DNA from: Abditibacterium sp.
Lineage (GTDB): Bacteria > Armatimonadota > Abditibacteriia > Abditibacteriales > Abditibacteriaceae
Direction: 5' to 3'
Length of the DNA stretch: 64,000 nucleotides
NCBI GenBank assembly: GCA_965246885.1
Contig: OZ251992.1
Location: forward strand, 1,664,001 to 1,728,000
Shown here: piece by piece, positions 38,416 through 48,482 of the stretch
Layout: each line of letters opens with the position of its first letter
Numbering within the stretch: position 1 is the first letter of the stretch
The notes under the pieces: generated by a model
Databases searched by the model: none
What the model was told of the DNA's origin: nothing
What the model saw: only the letters and a program-made list of their open reading frames with translations
Program-made: the position numbers and the translations under genes

Positions 38416-40233
38416 ATGTCACAATCATCCTCTAACCCCCAAGCCGCAACGGGCACCATTGCGATGGCGGCCAACGGCGCGCTCGTTCCCGATCCGGGCA
38501 ACGGGGTGCGCCGCGAATTGCCGTATGACCCGCTCACCGCGATGGGCGTGCCTCAAGAGACCTACCTCAACAACGACTTTTCGTGGAAGTCGTGGGTCTA
38601 CACGCTCGACCACAAGCGCATTGGCATGATGTACCTCGTGCTGATTTCGCTCATGTTCGTTATCGGCGGCATCGGCGCTTCGATGATTCGCTACAACCTC
38701 ATCGAGCCGGAAGGGATGCTGGGCGCCGAAGCGTATAACCGTTGGTTCACGGCGCACGGCGTCATCATGGTGTTCTTCTTTCTGGTGCCGTCCATCCCCG
38801 CGACACTCGGAAACTTCCTTGTGCCGATGATGATTGGCACCAAGGACGTGGCTTTCCCGAAACTGAACTTGCTGTCGTTCTACCTTTACGCGCTTGGCGC
38901 GTGTTTGGCGCTCGCGGCGCTTATTATGGGCGGCATTGATACCGGTTGGACGTTTTACGCTCCCCTTTCCTCGACGTACTCGAACGGTATGACCGTGTGG
39001 GCCATCGCGGGCGTATTCCTCGCGGGCTTTTCGTCCATCTTAACGGGCCTGAACTTCATCGTTACCATCCACAAGATGCGCGCGCCGGGCATGACGTGGT
39101 TCCGCATGCCGCTCTTCATGTGGTCTATCTACGCCACCTCGCTCATTCAGGTGCTGGGCACGCCCGTCGTTGCCATCACGTTGCTTTTGCTTGTGGTCGA
39201 GAAGTGCTTTGGCGTCGGCATCTTCGACCCCAAACTGGGCGGCGATCCGGTGTTGTTCCAGCATATGTTCTGGTTCTACTCGCACCCCGCCGTTTACATC
39301 ATGATTCTGCCGGGCATGGCGGTAGTGTCGGAAGTCATCGCCTGCTTTTCGCGCAAGCCTATTTATGGCTACAAGTTCGTCGCGTTCTCCTCGCTCGCCA
39401 TCGCCGTCTTCGGCTTCCTCGTGTGGGGCCACCACATGTTCGTGTCCAGTCAGTCGCCCTACGCGGGTATGGTGTTCTCGCTCATCTCCTTCTTGGTGGC
39501 CATCCCCTCCGCCGTGAAGGTCTTCAACTGGACGGCGACGCTGTATAAAGGCTCGATTCGGCTCACGACGCCGATGCTGTATGCCCTCGCGTTCATCGGC
39601 CTGTTCTCCATTGGCGGCTTGACGGGCCTCCACCTCGCGGCCTTGGCGACCGACGTTTACCTTCACGACACCTACTTCGTCATCGCGCACTTCCACTACG
39701 TCATGGTCGGCGGCGCTATCTCCGCCTACTTTGCGGGCATCCACTTCTGGTGGCCCAAGATGACGGGCAAGATGTACAACGACGCTTGGGGCAAAGTCGC
39801 CGCGTTGATTCTGTTCATCGGCTTCAACCTGACTTTCTTCCCGCAGTTCCTGTTGGGCATGTGGGGCATGCACCGCCGCTACCACGCTTACCCGTCGGAC
39901 ATGCAGTTCCTCAACATCATGTCCACTGCCGGAGCAACGGTCTTGGCGCTGGGCTTCATCATGCCCGTTTGCTACCTCACGTGGTCGCTCCTCTACGGCG
40001 AGCAAGCGAGCGACAACCCCTTCGGCGCGACCGGCCTCGAATGGCAGACCTCCTCGCCCCCGCCTCTGCTTAACTTCGACCGCGTTCCCATCGTTGTCAC
40101 CGGCCCCTACGCTTACGACGCCGTCGAATCCGAGCGCATCTTCGAGAAAGAGGACGCCATCACGCGCGAAGTGCGTGAGCGCATCCTTTCTGCCGAAGCC
40201 GAACGACCCACCAAGGAAACCACTTCCGTCTAA
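38416..40233 (+). CDS. coxA: Cytochrome c oxidase subunit I, A2 type
   Basis: DHKRIG, HGVIM, GWTFY, YSHPAVY (YS motif), WGHHM, HDTY..AHFHY, RRY. Confidence 0.97.
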   Translation: MSQSSSNPQAATGTIAMAANGALVPDPGNGVRRELPYDPLTAMGVPQETYLNNDFSWKSWVYTLDHKRIGMMYLVLISLMFVIGGIGASMIRYNLIEPEGMLGAEAYNRWFTAHGVIMVFFFLVPSIPATLGNFLVPMMIGTKDVAFPKLNLLSFYLYALGACLALAALIMGGIDTGWTFYAPLSSTYSNGMTVWAIAGVFLAGFSSILTGLNFIVTIHKMRAPGMTWFRMPLFMWSIYATSLIQVLGTPVVAITLLLLVVEKCFGVGIFDPKLGGDPVLFQHMFWFYSHPAVYIMILPGMAVVSEVIACFSRKPIYGYKFVAFSSLAIAVFGFLVWGHHMFVSSQSPYAGMVFSLISFLVAIPSAVKVFNWTATLYKGSIRLTTPMLYALAFIGLFSIGGLTGLHLAALATDVYLHDTYFVIAHFHYVMVGGAISAYFAGIHFWWPKMTGKMYNDAWGKVAALILFIGFNLTFFPQFLLGMWGMHRRYHAYPSDMQFLNIMSTAGATVLALGFIMPVCYLTWSLLYGEQASDNPFGATGLEWQTSSPPPLLNFDRVPIVVTGPYAYDAVESERIFEKEDAITREVRERILSAEAERPTKETTSV

Positions 40234-40236
40234 ATT

Positions 40237-41187
40237 ATGGCCGTCCAACTCGAACGCCCCACCGACTCCGAAATCGCGGCCCATGCCCAGTCCACTGAGC
40301 ATGGGCACGACGGCCATCACGGGCCTGCCAACCTGCACCACCACTTCACCGACCTCGCGCAACAGCGCGAGGTCAACGCGCTCGGTATGTGGGTCTTCCT
40401 TGTTACCGAAGTGATGACCTTCGGCGCGCTGTTCTTCGTTTACACGCTCTACCGCCACCTCTTCGAGAACCAAAACCACATAATGAGCGGTGATGTCGTG
40501 TGGCTGTCGCCTTGGGGCGTTGGCTCGCACTTATTGGACAACTCGCTCGGTTTCATCAACACCCTTGTCCTGCTGTGTTCGTCGCTCACCGTCGCTACCG
40601 CCGTCCACATGGCGGGCATCAAGCAACGCGGCTGGCTCGTCGGGATGCTCTCCATCACGGCCTTCTTGGGTGTGGTGTTCTTGGGCATCAAGTCCGTCGA
40701 GTGGTATCACGATTACCAAGAGAAGATCGTCCCCGGCCTGAACTGGGAGCCGCGCAACACCCTCGCCCGCAAAGGCTTCTTGCTCGCTACCCCTACCGGC
40801 GTGAACGGGCAGGGCTATATCCCCGGCGGCACCCTAAACGCCGAAAGCCAGTGGACTGCTGTTCACCGCGATGCCGAAGCCGAGGAAGCCGCCGAGGGCG
40901 GCACTTCTAAAGGCGAAGACGTAAAGTTTCAAGGAATCATCAACGGTATGCAGTTACAGATGTTCTTCGTCATCTACTTTTGCATGACCGGCCTCCATGC
41001 CATCCACATGATCATCGGCCTCGGCCTTATTTCCGTCTTCCTTTATCACGCGCGGCGCGGCACCTTTACCACTTCGCCCAACGACCAGCCCGTCGAAATC
41101 TTCGGCCTGTATTGGCACTTCGTGGACATCGTGTGGGTGTTCCTTTACCCGCTCCTCTACCTCGTGACGCTCCCCGTCCGGCACTAA
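40237..41187 (+). CDS. coxC: Cytochrome c oxidase subunit III
   Basis: GMW.FL.TE...F, NT.VLL.SS.T, TGLH..H, YWHFVD.VW. Confidence 0.95.
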   Translation: MAVQLERPTDSEIAAHAQSTEHGHDGHHGPANLHHHFTDLAQQREVNALGMWVFLVTEVMTFGALFFVYTLYRHLFENQNHIMSGDVVWLSPWGVGSHLLDNSLGFINTLVLLCSSLTVATAVHMAGIKQRGWLVGMLSITAFLGVVFLGIKSVEWYHDYQEKIVPGLNWEPRNTLARKGFLLATPTGVNGQGYIPGGTLNAESQWTAVHRDAEAEEAAEGGTSKGEDVKFQGIINGMQLQMFFVIYFCMTGLHAIHMIIGLGLISVFLYHARRGTFTTSPNDQPVEIFGLYWHFVDIVWVFLYPLLYLVTLPVRH

Positions 41188-41193
41188 CTCATC

Positions 41194-42192
41194 ATGGCCC
41201 AACCTACTCAAGAACGCCTCGTGAATCAACTCGAACGCCCCGAACAGACGGGCGGTAACGTCGGTCAGGCCGGAAGCGGCACGCAGTCCGAGAACGCCCC
41301 ACACCACGAAGACCACTCCGATAACCACGTCGAGCACGTCTCGATGAACACGTACTACCTCATCTTCGCGGCCTTGATGTTCCTCCTTCTCATCACCGTC
41401 GGCGCGTGGTATTTCGACCAGCATATCAGGCCGCTTGGCCACTTCTCGCCGGTGCTCGCAATGGCTATCGCCGTTGCTAAAGCTGTGCTCATCGTGCTGT
41501 TCTTCATGCACGTCAAGTTCGCCTCGAAGCTCGTCCAGATATTCGCTTGCACCGGCATCGCGTTCGTGGCTATCATGTTCCTCTTGACGTTCAACGACTT
41601 CGTGACCCGCGATTGGCTTCCCGTTCCCGGTGTTTATGCTCCCGCCACTGTTACTGCTGGCCCCGCCGAAAACACCATCTACCGCCCATCCAGCGTTGGC
41701 GCCGCGCCGAACTCCGTCTCCACTCCGTCAGATAATATGGTCGGGAGCGCCATGACCGCCCCCGGCAACGCGACGCAAACCGCCATTGACGGCGGGCGCG
41801 ACGCTGGTGGTCGCACCACGACCCCCGGCGCGTCGGGCAGCGATGTCCGCGTCATACCCAACACCAACGGCGCCACGACGACCGGTCCCACCAACATGAC
41901 GACCGGTGCCATGCAAAACGGCGGTACGAGTAGCGCAAGTGCCGGTGCCCCCGGCGGCGCGTCCGTCTCAACGGGTGATAAGCAGGCCGGAGCACTCGGC
42001 GCATCGGGCATAGACTCCGGCCCGCAACAAGTCGCCAGCAACGGCAGCGCTTCGCGCCCCGGCCCGCATATCGGTGGCGCCGCGAACAACGTCTACGGCT
42101 CGGCGGCGCAGTCCAAAGGCATCCAACCGCAAAGCGCCGCCCCCGCGCCCGCCATCCCACAGAGCGCTCAAGTGCTGAATAACGGGCAGTAG
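41194..42192 (+). CDS. coxD: Cytochrome c oxidase subunit IV with ~190-aa low-complexity tail
   Basis: IAVAKA.LIVL.FMHVK motif, three TMs, then Thr/Gly/Ala/Ser/Pro-rich region. Confidence 0.85.
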   Translation: MAQPTQERLVNQLERPEQTGGNVGQAGSGTQSENAPHHEDHSDNHVEHVSMNTYYLIFAALMFLLLITVGAWYFDQHIRPLGHFSPVLAMAIAVAKAVLIVLFFMHVKFASKLVQIFACTGIAFVAIMFLLTFNDFVTRDWLPVPGVYAPATVTAGPAENTIYRPSSVGAAPNSVSTPSDNMVGSAMTAPGNATQTAIDGGRDAGGRTTTPGASGSDVRVIPNTNGATTTGPTNMTTGAMQNGGTSSASAGAPGGASVSTGDKQAGALGASGIDSGPQQVASNGSASRPGPHIGGAANNVYGSAAQSKGIQPQSAAPAPAIPQSAQVLNNGQ

Positions 42193-42207
42193 AGTGGTAA
42201 CGCCAAC

Positions 42208-42245
42208 GCGAAACGTCCCGACAGATGTCGGGACGTTTCGCATTT
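42208..42245. terminator. Terminator between convergent coxD and RND gene
   Basis: gcgaaacgtcccgaca/tgtcgggacgtttcgc stem. Confidence 0.75.
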
Positions 42246-42257
42246 CTGAGCGTGCCC

Positions 42258-45200
42258 TTATACCTTCCGCTCGGTCAAGGGCGCGGTCGTTGGCGTGTTG
42301 ACGACGGGCTGGCTGGTGGTGCCGCGCCTGCGTGCCCACCAATTCACGGCGTCGTCGAGGAGCGAGTAAATCACCGGCGTGGCGATGAGGGTCAGCAGTA
42401 GCGAAAGCGTTTGACCGCCGAAGACGACGGAGCCAATGGCGCGGTTGGTGCCCGCCCCCGTCCCGCTCGATACGATAAGCGGAAGCATGCCCGCCACAAA
42501 CGCGAGCGTGGTCATCAGAATCGGGCGCAAGCGGTCGCGGTTGGCGTCTAACATCGCCGTGTGCCTATCCAAGCCTTTGGCGCGCAGTTGGTTGGTGTGG
42601 TCAACTTGCAGGATGGCGTTCTTCTTGACCACGCCAAACAGCAGCAATATCCCCAAGGCCGAGTAAATGTTGAGGCTCTGGCCAAACAGCACCACAGACA
42701 GAAGGGCAAAAGGGACGGTGAGCGGGAGCGACACGAGGATGGCGAGGGGATATATCCAACTCTCGAACTGCGCGGCCAGAATCAGATACATAAACACGAC
42801 CGACAGCCCCAGTGCGAGGAAGAAGGCTTTGGCCGCGTTGTTCTGCTCCTTGCTCGACCCGGCGGCGGCCCCCGTATAAGCCGGGGGCAGTTTCAGCGCC
42901 TTGAAAGCGCCGTCCAACTGCGCCAGAATGGTTCCCGCCGAAGCGGTAGGCGCCGTGTTGATTTGCAACTGAATCTGCCTCTGGCGGTTGAGGCGCTGTA
43001 TCGAGGTTGGCCCAAGCCCCTTCTTGAAGGTGATGATTTGATCTAAATTGACCGGCGTTCCCGAAGCGGAGGAAGCGGTATAGAGCGCGAGGCCCTGCCC
43101 GCCAGTTCGGTATTGCAAGGGCGCCCTCACCCAGACTTCATACTGTTGCCCGCCCTCGTTGTATGTGGAAATGCGCTGACCGCCCGTCACGTAGTTGAGG
43201 GCTTGCGAGGCGTCGCTTACAGCGACGCCCAAGTCGCCCGCGCGGTCGCGGTCAACTTGCGCTTGGAGTTCGGGCTGGGCCGCGACGAAGTTGGTATCGG
43301 CATCGGCGACGCCGGGGAATTTGCGCGCTTGCTGAAGCAACGTGGCGGAGGCCTTCTGAAGCACTTTCAAGTCCGGCCCCGACAGGACATACTGCACGCC
43401 GCGCCCGCCACTGCCCGCGCCAAACCCCGGCAAGGCTGCCAAAGGAGACACGCTGAGCCGCAGGTCATCCGCCGCGAATTTGCGACGCACCAGTTTGCGC
43501 ACCGTCGCCATGATCTCGTTTTGTGTCTGCCTCCTCGCTTCGATGGGCTTGAGGCCCACGAACAGGTTCGCGTTGTTCTTGGCCGCGCCCTGACCGAAGC
43601 CGTTCACCGTCAGCAGGGTGTAGCTTACGCCCGGTAGCTTACGGATTTGCGCGCCGATGCGGTTGCCTATCTTCGTTGTTTGCTCCAACGATGTTCCCGG
43701 CGGCGCGAGCGCACCGACTTGGAACTGCGACTCATCATCGTCCGGCAGGAAGTTGAACGGCGCCATTTTATACAGCACCGGTACCGCCGCAAGCGACAGC
43801 GCGCATACCAGCATCACCAGAGCGCGCCGCCGCAAACTCCAATCGAGAAGCGCGACGTAGTGATGCTCTATCCAGCGAAAGAAGCGGGGCGATTCGCCAT
43901 GCCCCGCGCCGCCTTTTTTCTCCTTCGCGCCCTTGTTTTCCAGCCAACGCGCGCCCAAACTGGGGGCGAGGGTGAACGAAACCAGCAACGACACCAGAAT
44001 GGCGAAGCTCATGGTGAGGCCGAACGAACTGAGCAGCCGCCCGGTCAGCCCCGACATAAACGCGACCGGCGCAAAGACCGCGACAAGTGACAGCGTGGTG
44101 GCCAGCACCGCCAGACCAATCTCGCGCGTTCCTTCAATGGCCGCGTCGTACGCCGACAGTCCTCGCTCGTTCATCACGCGGAAGATGTTTTCTATCACAA
44201 CGATGGCGTCGTCTATCACAATGCCGATGGCGAGCGTCAGCGCCAACAGGGTGATGATGTTCAGCGTATACCCGAACGCCCACAAGAGGCCGAAGGTAGC
44301 GATAATCGAAGCGGGGATGGAAATCGCGGAGATAATGGTTGCCCGCCAGTTGAGCAAAAACACCAGCACCACCAGCACCGCCAAGATGGAACCGACGACC
44401 AAATGCTCCTCGACGGCATGGACGGCGGCATCTATATACTGCGACTGATCGCGCACGATTTGCATCGAGTAACCGGGCGGAAGCGTCGCCTTTGCCCGTT
44501 TCAACTGCCCCTTGACATTTTCGATAGTGGCCAAGGTATTGACGCCCGACTGCTTGCGGACGTACATCAGCACGGTCGTTTTGCCGTTGAGCGCGGCGGC
44601 GGTCGAAGCGGTTTGCTCGCCGTCTTCGACGCGCGCCACATCGCTTAGGCGCACCAACCCGCCGCCTTCCAAGTTGTCGGCAACGGGTTGATTGGTTGTC
44701 GAGGCGGGGGTGAATTGGCGGGCCTTGACGATGATTTTGTTGAAGTCGGCGACGCTTGCAATGCGCCCTTGGGTGCGTAAACTCAGGGTGCGCGCACCCG
44801 TTTCCACATCGCCGCCGGGCACTTCCAAGTTTTGCTTTTGGACGGCGCTCACCACGTCGTTGACCGACAAACCGTAGGCGCGCAGTTGAATTGGGTCGGG
44901 CAGGACGTTGATTTGGCGCAAGCGTCCGCCAGCTAAGAACACCTCGCCCACGCCATCGGCGGTCTCGACTTGCGGAATGAGGGTTTCGTTGGCGTAAGTG
45001 GAAATGGTGCGGGTAGAATCCGGCCCGGACAGCGCCACGCCGATAATGGGCGCCGAGTCGGGGTCTTGCTTGCGCACAATGGGCGCGTCGAGGTTTTGCG
45101 GCAGGTTGCGCGCGGCCTGAGCGACTTTGTCGCGCACGTTGTTCGTGGCGATGTCGGCGTTTTGCGACAGGTTGAACTGCACGGTCACGTTCGAGGAACC

Positions 45201-45461
45201 TTCACTCGAAGTCGAGCGAATCTCATCCACGCCCGCGATGGTGTTCACCGCTTCCTCAATTTTCTGGGTAATCTCGGTTTCGACCGCTTCGGGGGGCGAG
45301 CCGGGGTAGTTCACGGACACCGAAACCGTCGGGTTTTCGACTTGCGGGAAACGGTCTACTCCCAAGCGCGTAAAACCGAACGCGCCCACCACCACCAACA
45401 CTAAAATGAGCACCGCCGCGAAGACGGGGCGCTTCACGCACAACTCGGCCAGTTTTTGCAT
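42258..45461 (-). CDS. RND efflux transporter permease (AcrB/MdtBC family)
   Basis: RPVFA, GIVIDDAIVVIENI, QFES, KNAIL.VD, RLRPILMTT. Confidence 0.96.
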   Translation of the reverse strand: MQKLAELCVKRPVFAAVLILVLVVVGAFGFTRLGVDRFPQVENPTVSVSVNYPGSPPEAVETEITQKIEEAVNTIAGVDEIRSTSSEGSSNVTVQFNLSQNADIATNNVRDKVAQAARNLPQNLDAPIVRKQDPDSAPIIGVALSGPDSTRTISTYANETLIPQVETADGVGEVFLAGGRLRQINVLPDPIQLRAYGLSVNDVVSAVQKQNLEVPGGDVETGARTLSLRTQGRIASVADFNKIIVKARQFTPASTTNQPVADNLEGGGLVRLSDVARVEDGEQTASTAAALNGKTTVLMYVRKQSGVNTLATIENVKGQLKRAKATLPPGYSMQIVRDQSQYIDAAVHAVEEHLVVGSILAVLVVLVFLLNWRATIISAISIPASIIATFGLLWAFGYTLNIITLLALTLAIGIVIDDAIVVIENIFRVMNERGLSAYDAAIEGTREIGLAVLATTLSLVAVFAPVAFMSGLTGRLLSSFGLTMSFAILVSLLVSFTLAPSLGARWLENKGAKEKKGGAGHGESPRFFRWIEHHYVALLDWSLRRRALVMLVCALSLAAVPVLYKMAPFNFLPDDDESQFQVGALAPPGTSLEQTTKIGNRIGAQIRKLPGVSYTLLTVNGFGQGAAKNNANLFVGLKPIEARRQTQNEIMATVRKLVRRKFAADDLRLSVSPLAALPGFGAGSGGRGVQYVLSGPDLKVLQKASATLLQQARKFPGVADADTNFVAAQPELQAQVDRDRAGDLGVAVSDASQALNYVTGGQRISTYNEGGQQYEVWVRAPLQYRTGGQGLALYTASSASGTPVNLDQIITFKKGLGPTSIQRLNRQRQIQLQINTAPTASAGTILAQLDGAFKALKLPPAYTGAAAGSSKEQNNAAKAFFLALGLSVVFMYLILAAQFESWIYPLAILVSLPLTVPFALLSVVLFGQSLNIYSALGILLLFGVVKKNAILQVDHTNQLRAKGLDRHTAMLDANRDRLRPILMTTLAFVAGMLPLIVSSGTGAGTNRAIGSVVFGGQTLSLLLTLIATPVIYSLLDDAVNWWARRRGTTSQPVVNTPTTAPLTERKV

Positions 45462-45550
45462 AAAGAGCTTAGAGGAGGTTTAAGCTGAGCGCGCGGCGTG
45501 CCGGATACAAAAGTTAAGGAACAATCGTTAGAGGAACAGGCGCGCTGAAC

Positions 45551-45718
45551 CGTCGGCACAGCTAATTCTTTCGTTGGCGCAGGCGCGGGACTTGTTGGCG
45601 CGGGCGCGGGACTCGGCGGCGCGGTTCATTCTTTTGGCGGCGCGGGCGCGGGATTCGTTCACAGGCATGCAAAATTGAATCACAGGCATGCGCCGACGAG
45701 TCCCGCGACTAATTCTTT
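45551..45718. repeat. 21-nt-period intergenic array (8 units), related to the 7740-7820 array in opposite orientation
   Basis: Units every 21 nt from 45551; reverse complement of unit 1 is aaagaattagctgtgccgacg. Confidence 0.8.
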
Positions 45719-45780
45719 CGTTCCCACACGATAGCAGCGCGCCGGAGAAGGGCGCGCTGTCAGGGAAAGACATCGGGAAA

Positions 45781-45996
45781 TCAGCCGTTCATCTCGTCCT
45801 CCGGGTTGCGGTCAACGTTGCGAATCTTTAGTCGCTGATCTAAGCGGTGCAAGAAGCCGCCGTTGTCGAAACCCCAGAAAATCAGCGCCATAGCGAGCAC
45901 GACGATGGCCGCAAAGCCAAACCACAGGAAGACGGGCCAGTTCAGGTGCCCCGGCTCGCCAAAAAAGCCCGAATAAGGATCGTTATAACCAGACAT
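45781..45996 (-). CDS. Small single-TM membrane protein
   Basis: 71-aa ORF with one hydrophobic helix; TAAAAT 8 nt upstream. Confidence 0.6.
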   Translation of the reverse strand: MSGYNDPYSGFFGEPGHLNWPVFLWFGFAAIVVLAMALIFWGFDNGGFLHRLDQRLKIRNVDRNPEDEMNG

Positions 45997-46046
45997 AGCG
46001 TTCTATTTTAAGGCACTTCACGCGCCGTGTCGCCCCCGAAATGCTA

Positions 46047-46622
46047 TCACTTCAAAAAGACCCACAGCGAACCGATGGCAATGGCCACCATAATCCATAA
46101 AAACGGCTGAAACACATCGGGGAGCGCCTCAGCCAGTGGCATGCCGTGCGCCATGCGGGATTGAAGCGTCAAGAGAGAGTGACCCAACGCCCCCACGACG
46201 AAGCCCGCCGAGGCTACTATTGCCAGTTTCGTCCCGCGCTTGCCGCCCGATGCCTTGACTATCAGTTTGCCCAGCGTCGGCCCGATGGCGGGCGCGTAAA
46301 ACAAAATCAGCAGCGACAGCCCGCCGATGGCGCCCAGAATCACCGCGCCGACCACGCCCGCCACGAGCGACAAGCCAAACGCCGCCAGCGCGCCCACCAA
46401 GCTCAGTTGATACATGTGGCTCGACTTCATGCTCAGGCAGCCGCGGCACCGCGCTCCGGTTGGCCCGTATTGCGTGCACTTGGGGCAAATCGGCTTCTCG
46501 CACCGCCCACAGCGCAGACGTGTGTGCACCCCTTTGTGGCGCGCGCAGACATACACTCCCGGCTCGCCCGGAACTTCGAGAGCCGCCCACTCTTGGCTTT
46601 GTTGGGATGGAAGAGACGACAT
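46047..46622 (-). CDS. B-box-like zinc finger membrane protein
   Basis: CARH....T.LRCGRCEKPICPKC.....G.RC..C then four TMs; start ATG 46622. Confidence 0.75.
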   Translation of the reverse strand: MSSLPSQQSQEWAALEVPGEPGVYVCARHKGVHTRLRCGRCEKPICPKCTQYGPTGARCRGCLSMKSSHMYQLSLVGALAAFGLSLVAGVVGAVILGAIGGLSLLILFYAPAIGPTLGKLIVKASGGKRGTKLAIVASAGFVVGALGHSLLTLQSRMAHGMPLAEALPDVFQPFLWIMVAIAIGSLWVFLK

Positions 46623-46680
46623 GACAAAAAAGACGAGCGCCAGCGCGCCAAGCGCGATTATTTTATCCGATTCCACCGAT

Positions 46681-47664
46681 GTGCGCTCCCCCGATTTGCT
46701 GGGGACGGCGGGAGAATTCGGGGCCATCGCGCGCTTTGCCGCTCGGCTCCAAACCCGTGCGGGCGTGCGGGTCGGCATTGGCGATGACTGCGCGGTTCTC
46801 GACGCCCTGCGCACGCCCGTTGTCTCAACCGATGCTCTCGTCGAAGGCGTGCATTTCCGCCGCGACTGGACGAGCGCCCGCGACTTGGGCCGCAAAACCT
46901 TAGCGGTTTCCGTGTCGGATTTGGCGTCGGGTGGTGCCTATCCCGTCGCCGCTTTCTTGAGCTTGTGCGCGCCGCCGGATGTGGAAATGGCGTGGCTCGG
47001 CGAGTTTTACGACGGCATGGAATCGCTTGCCAATGAGTTCGCCTTCACGGTCGCGGGTGGCGACACCACGCGCGCGGGTCAGCTAATGATGAGCGCCACT
47101 CTCGTCGGGGAACTATTACCTGAAGCGGACGGGCAACCGGTTTTGCGAAGCGGGGCCAAGGTCGGCGACTGGGTATGCGTGACGGGCGACTTGGGCGCAA
47201 GCGCGGCGGGGTTGGCGCTGTTGCAACGCGGCCAACGGGCGCAAAGCCCCGCTCACGCGGAGGTGTTGCGCCGCCATTTTGACCCGTCGCCGCGACTGGA
47301 CACGATGCGCGTCCTGCTTCAGGCCAACCGCGCCGCCATTCATGCGGGGATGGATATCTCCGATGGGTTGGTGGGGGATGCGAATCACATCGCCGCGCGG
47401 TCGGGCGTGCGTCTGGTATTGGACGCGGCCCAAATACCACTCTCGTCCGCTACTCTGCGAGTAGCGGACGAGTTGGGCGTTCCTGCGCTCCCTTGGGCGT
47501 TGGGCGGCGGGGAGGATTACGAACTGCTCTTGTGCCTCGCGCCCGACGCGTTCGACTCGCTCCACCACCTCGGTGCGGGTTTAACGCGCGTCGGGGACGT
47601 GGTAGCAGGTGCGGGGGTGAAAGTTTTGCAAGGAGCGGAGGCGGAGAGTTGGACGCACTTTTGA
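46681..47664 (+). CDS. thiL: Thiamine-phosphate kinase (start approximate)
   Basis: GEF..I, GIGDDCAV, D.LVEGVHF, SDLA..G, GGDT, MDISDGL, GGEDYELL. Confidence 0.93.
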   Translation: MRSPDLLGTAGEFGAIARFAARLQTRAGVRVGIGDDCAVLDALRTPVVSTDALVEGVHFRRDWTSARDLGRKTLAVSVSDLASGGAYPVAAFLSLCAPPDVEMAWLGEFYDGMESLANEFAFTVAGGDTTRAGQLMMSATLVGELLPEADGQPVLRSGAKVGDWVCVTGDLGASAAGLALLQRGQRAQSPAHAEVLRRHFDPSPRLDTMRVLLQANRAAIHAGMDISDGLVGDANHIAARSGVRLVLDAAQIPLSSATLRVADELGVPALPWALGGGEDYELLLCLAPDAFDSLHHLGAGLTRVGDVVAGAGVKVLQGAEAESWTHF

Positions 47665-47678
47665 CCTAAACTGCGCGC

Positions 47679-48416
47679 GTGGACAAGAACACGACCTTCG
47701 CCGACTTGGGCATCCCGTTTCCCCTATTTGAGGCTCCCATTGGAAGCTGTTCTGAGTTTGTCGGGCGCGGCGACTGTGGCATTTGCGCGCGCGCCGAGCA
47801 GTGGGTCTTTCGCGCGGGCATCGGCGGCTACCTGCTGGTATCTTGTTCCGAGTGTAGCCAGACCAACGCGCTTCGGTGCGACGATCAACGAGACGCTGTT
47901 TGTTCGCGCTGCCAATCTGTGGTAGCGTGGCCCCATGCGCGCGTGGGCGACTTCCGCGTTTGCTACGACTGCTTGCGCGCCGGGCGTGTCTGCTTCACAC
48001 AGGATACGGCTTTGGGCATGGTTCGCTGGGAAGATGCCCAACGCGGCTGGACGCATGGACTCCCCGGCGAAGTAGAATCCCCCTTTGCTTCCAAGCCCAA
48101 AGAAGACGACCCCGAATGGCACGAGTTCGCGCTTGTGCCCGAAGACGCGCAGGAGTTGGGGCGCACTCCACGCTATAGCACATGGCAAGGCGAGCAGTGG
48201 CCCTTCCACTGTGGCCGCGTCATGGCTTACGTTGGCGAACCTTTGGCACGTCCCAAAAGCGAGGCGTCGCCCGATGTGCTGGCCGCCACGCGAGCCATTC
48301 TGGAGGACGAAGGGTGGGGGTTAAGCACCGATGAAGCGTGGGACTCCATCATCTGCGTTTACCTGTTTCGCTGCCCCGTTTGCGGGGCGCTCGGTGGCCA
48401 TGCCGATTGTGACTGA
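47679..48416 (+). CDS. CbrC/UPF0167-like Cys-rich protein
   Basis: Multiple CxxC; EL.RTP.Y.TWQGE.W..HC, YLFRC..CG....D.D. Confidence 0.8.
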   Translation: MDKNTTFADLGIPFPLFEAPIGSCSEFVGRGDCGICARAEQWVFRAGIGGYLLVSCSECSQTNALRCDDQRDAVCSRCQSVVAWPHARVGDFRVCYDCLRAGRVCFTQDTALGMVRWEDAQRGWTHGLPGEVESPFASKPKEDDPEWHEFALVPEDAQELGRTPRYSTWQGEQWPFHCGRVMAYVGEPLARPKSEASPDVLAATRAILEDEGWGLSTDEAWDSIICVYLFRCPVCGALGGHADCD

Positions 48417-48482
48417 GCCAATCAACGAGCGAAAGCGACCAATCTGCCAGAAACAGTTGGCCGCTTCTACTCGCGGTGACTC

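Noticed and set aside
39040..40530. Long antisense ORFs (also 1627-2511, 23674-25023, 15361-16425, 62513-63637)
   Set aside because: Shadow frames of GC3-rich genes with no recognisable motifs.
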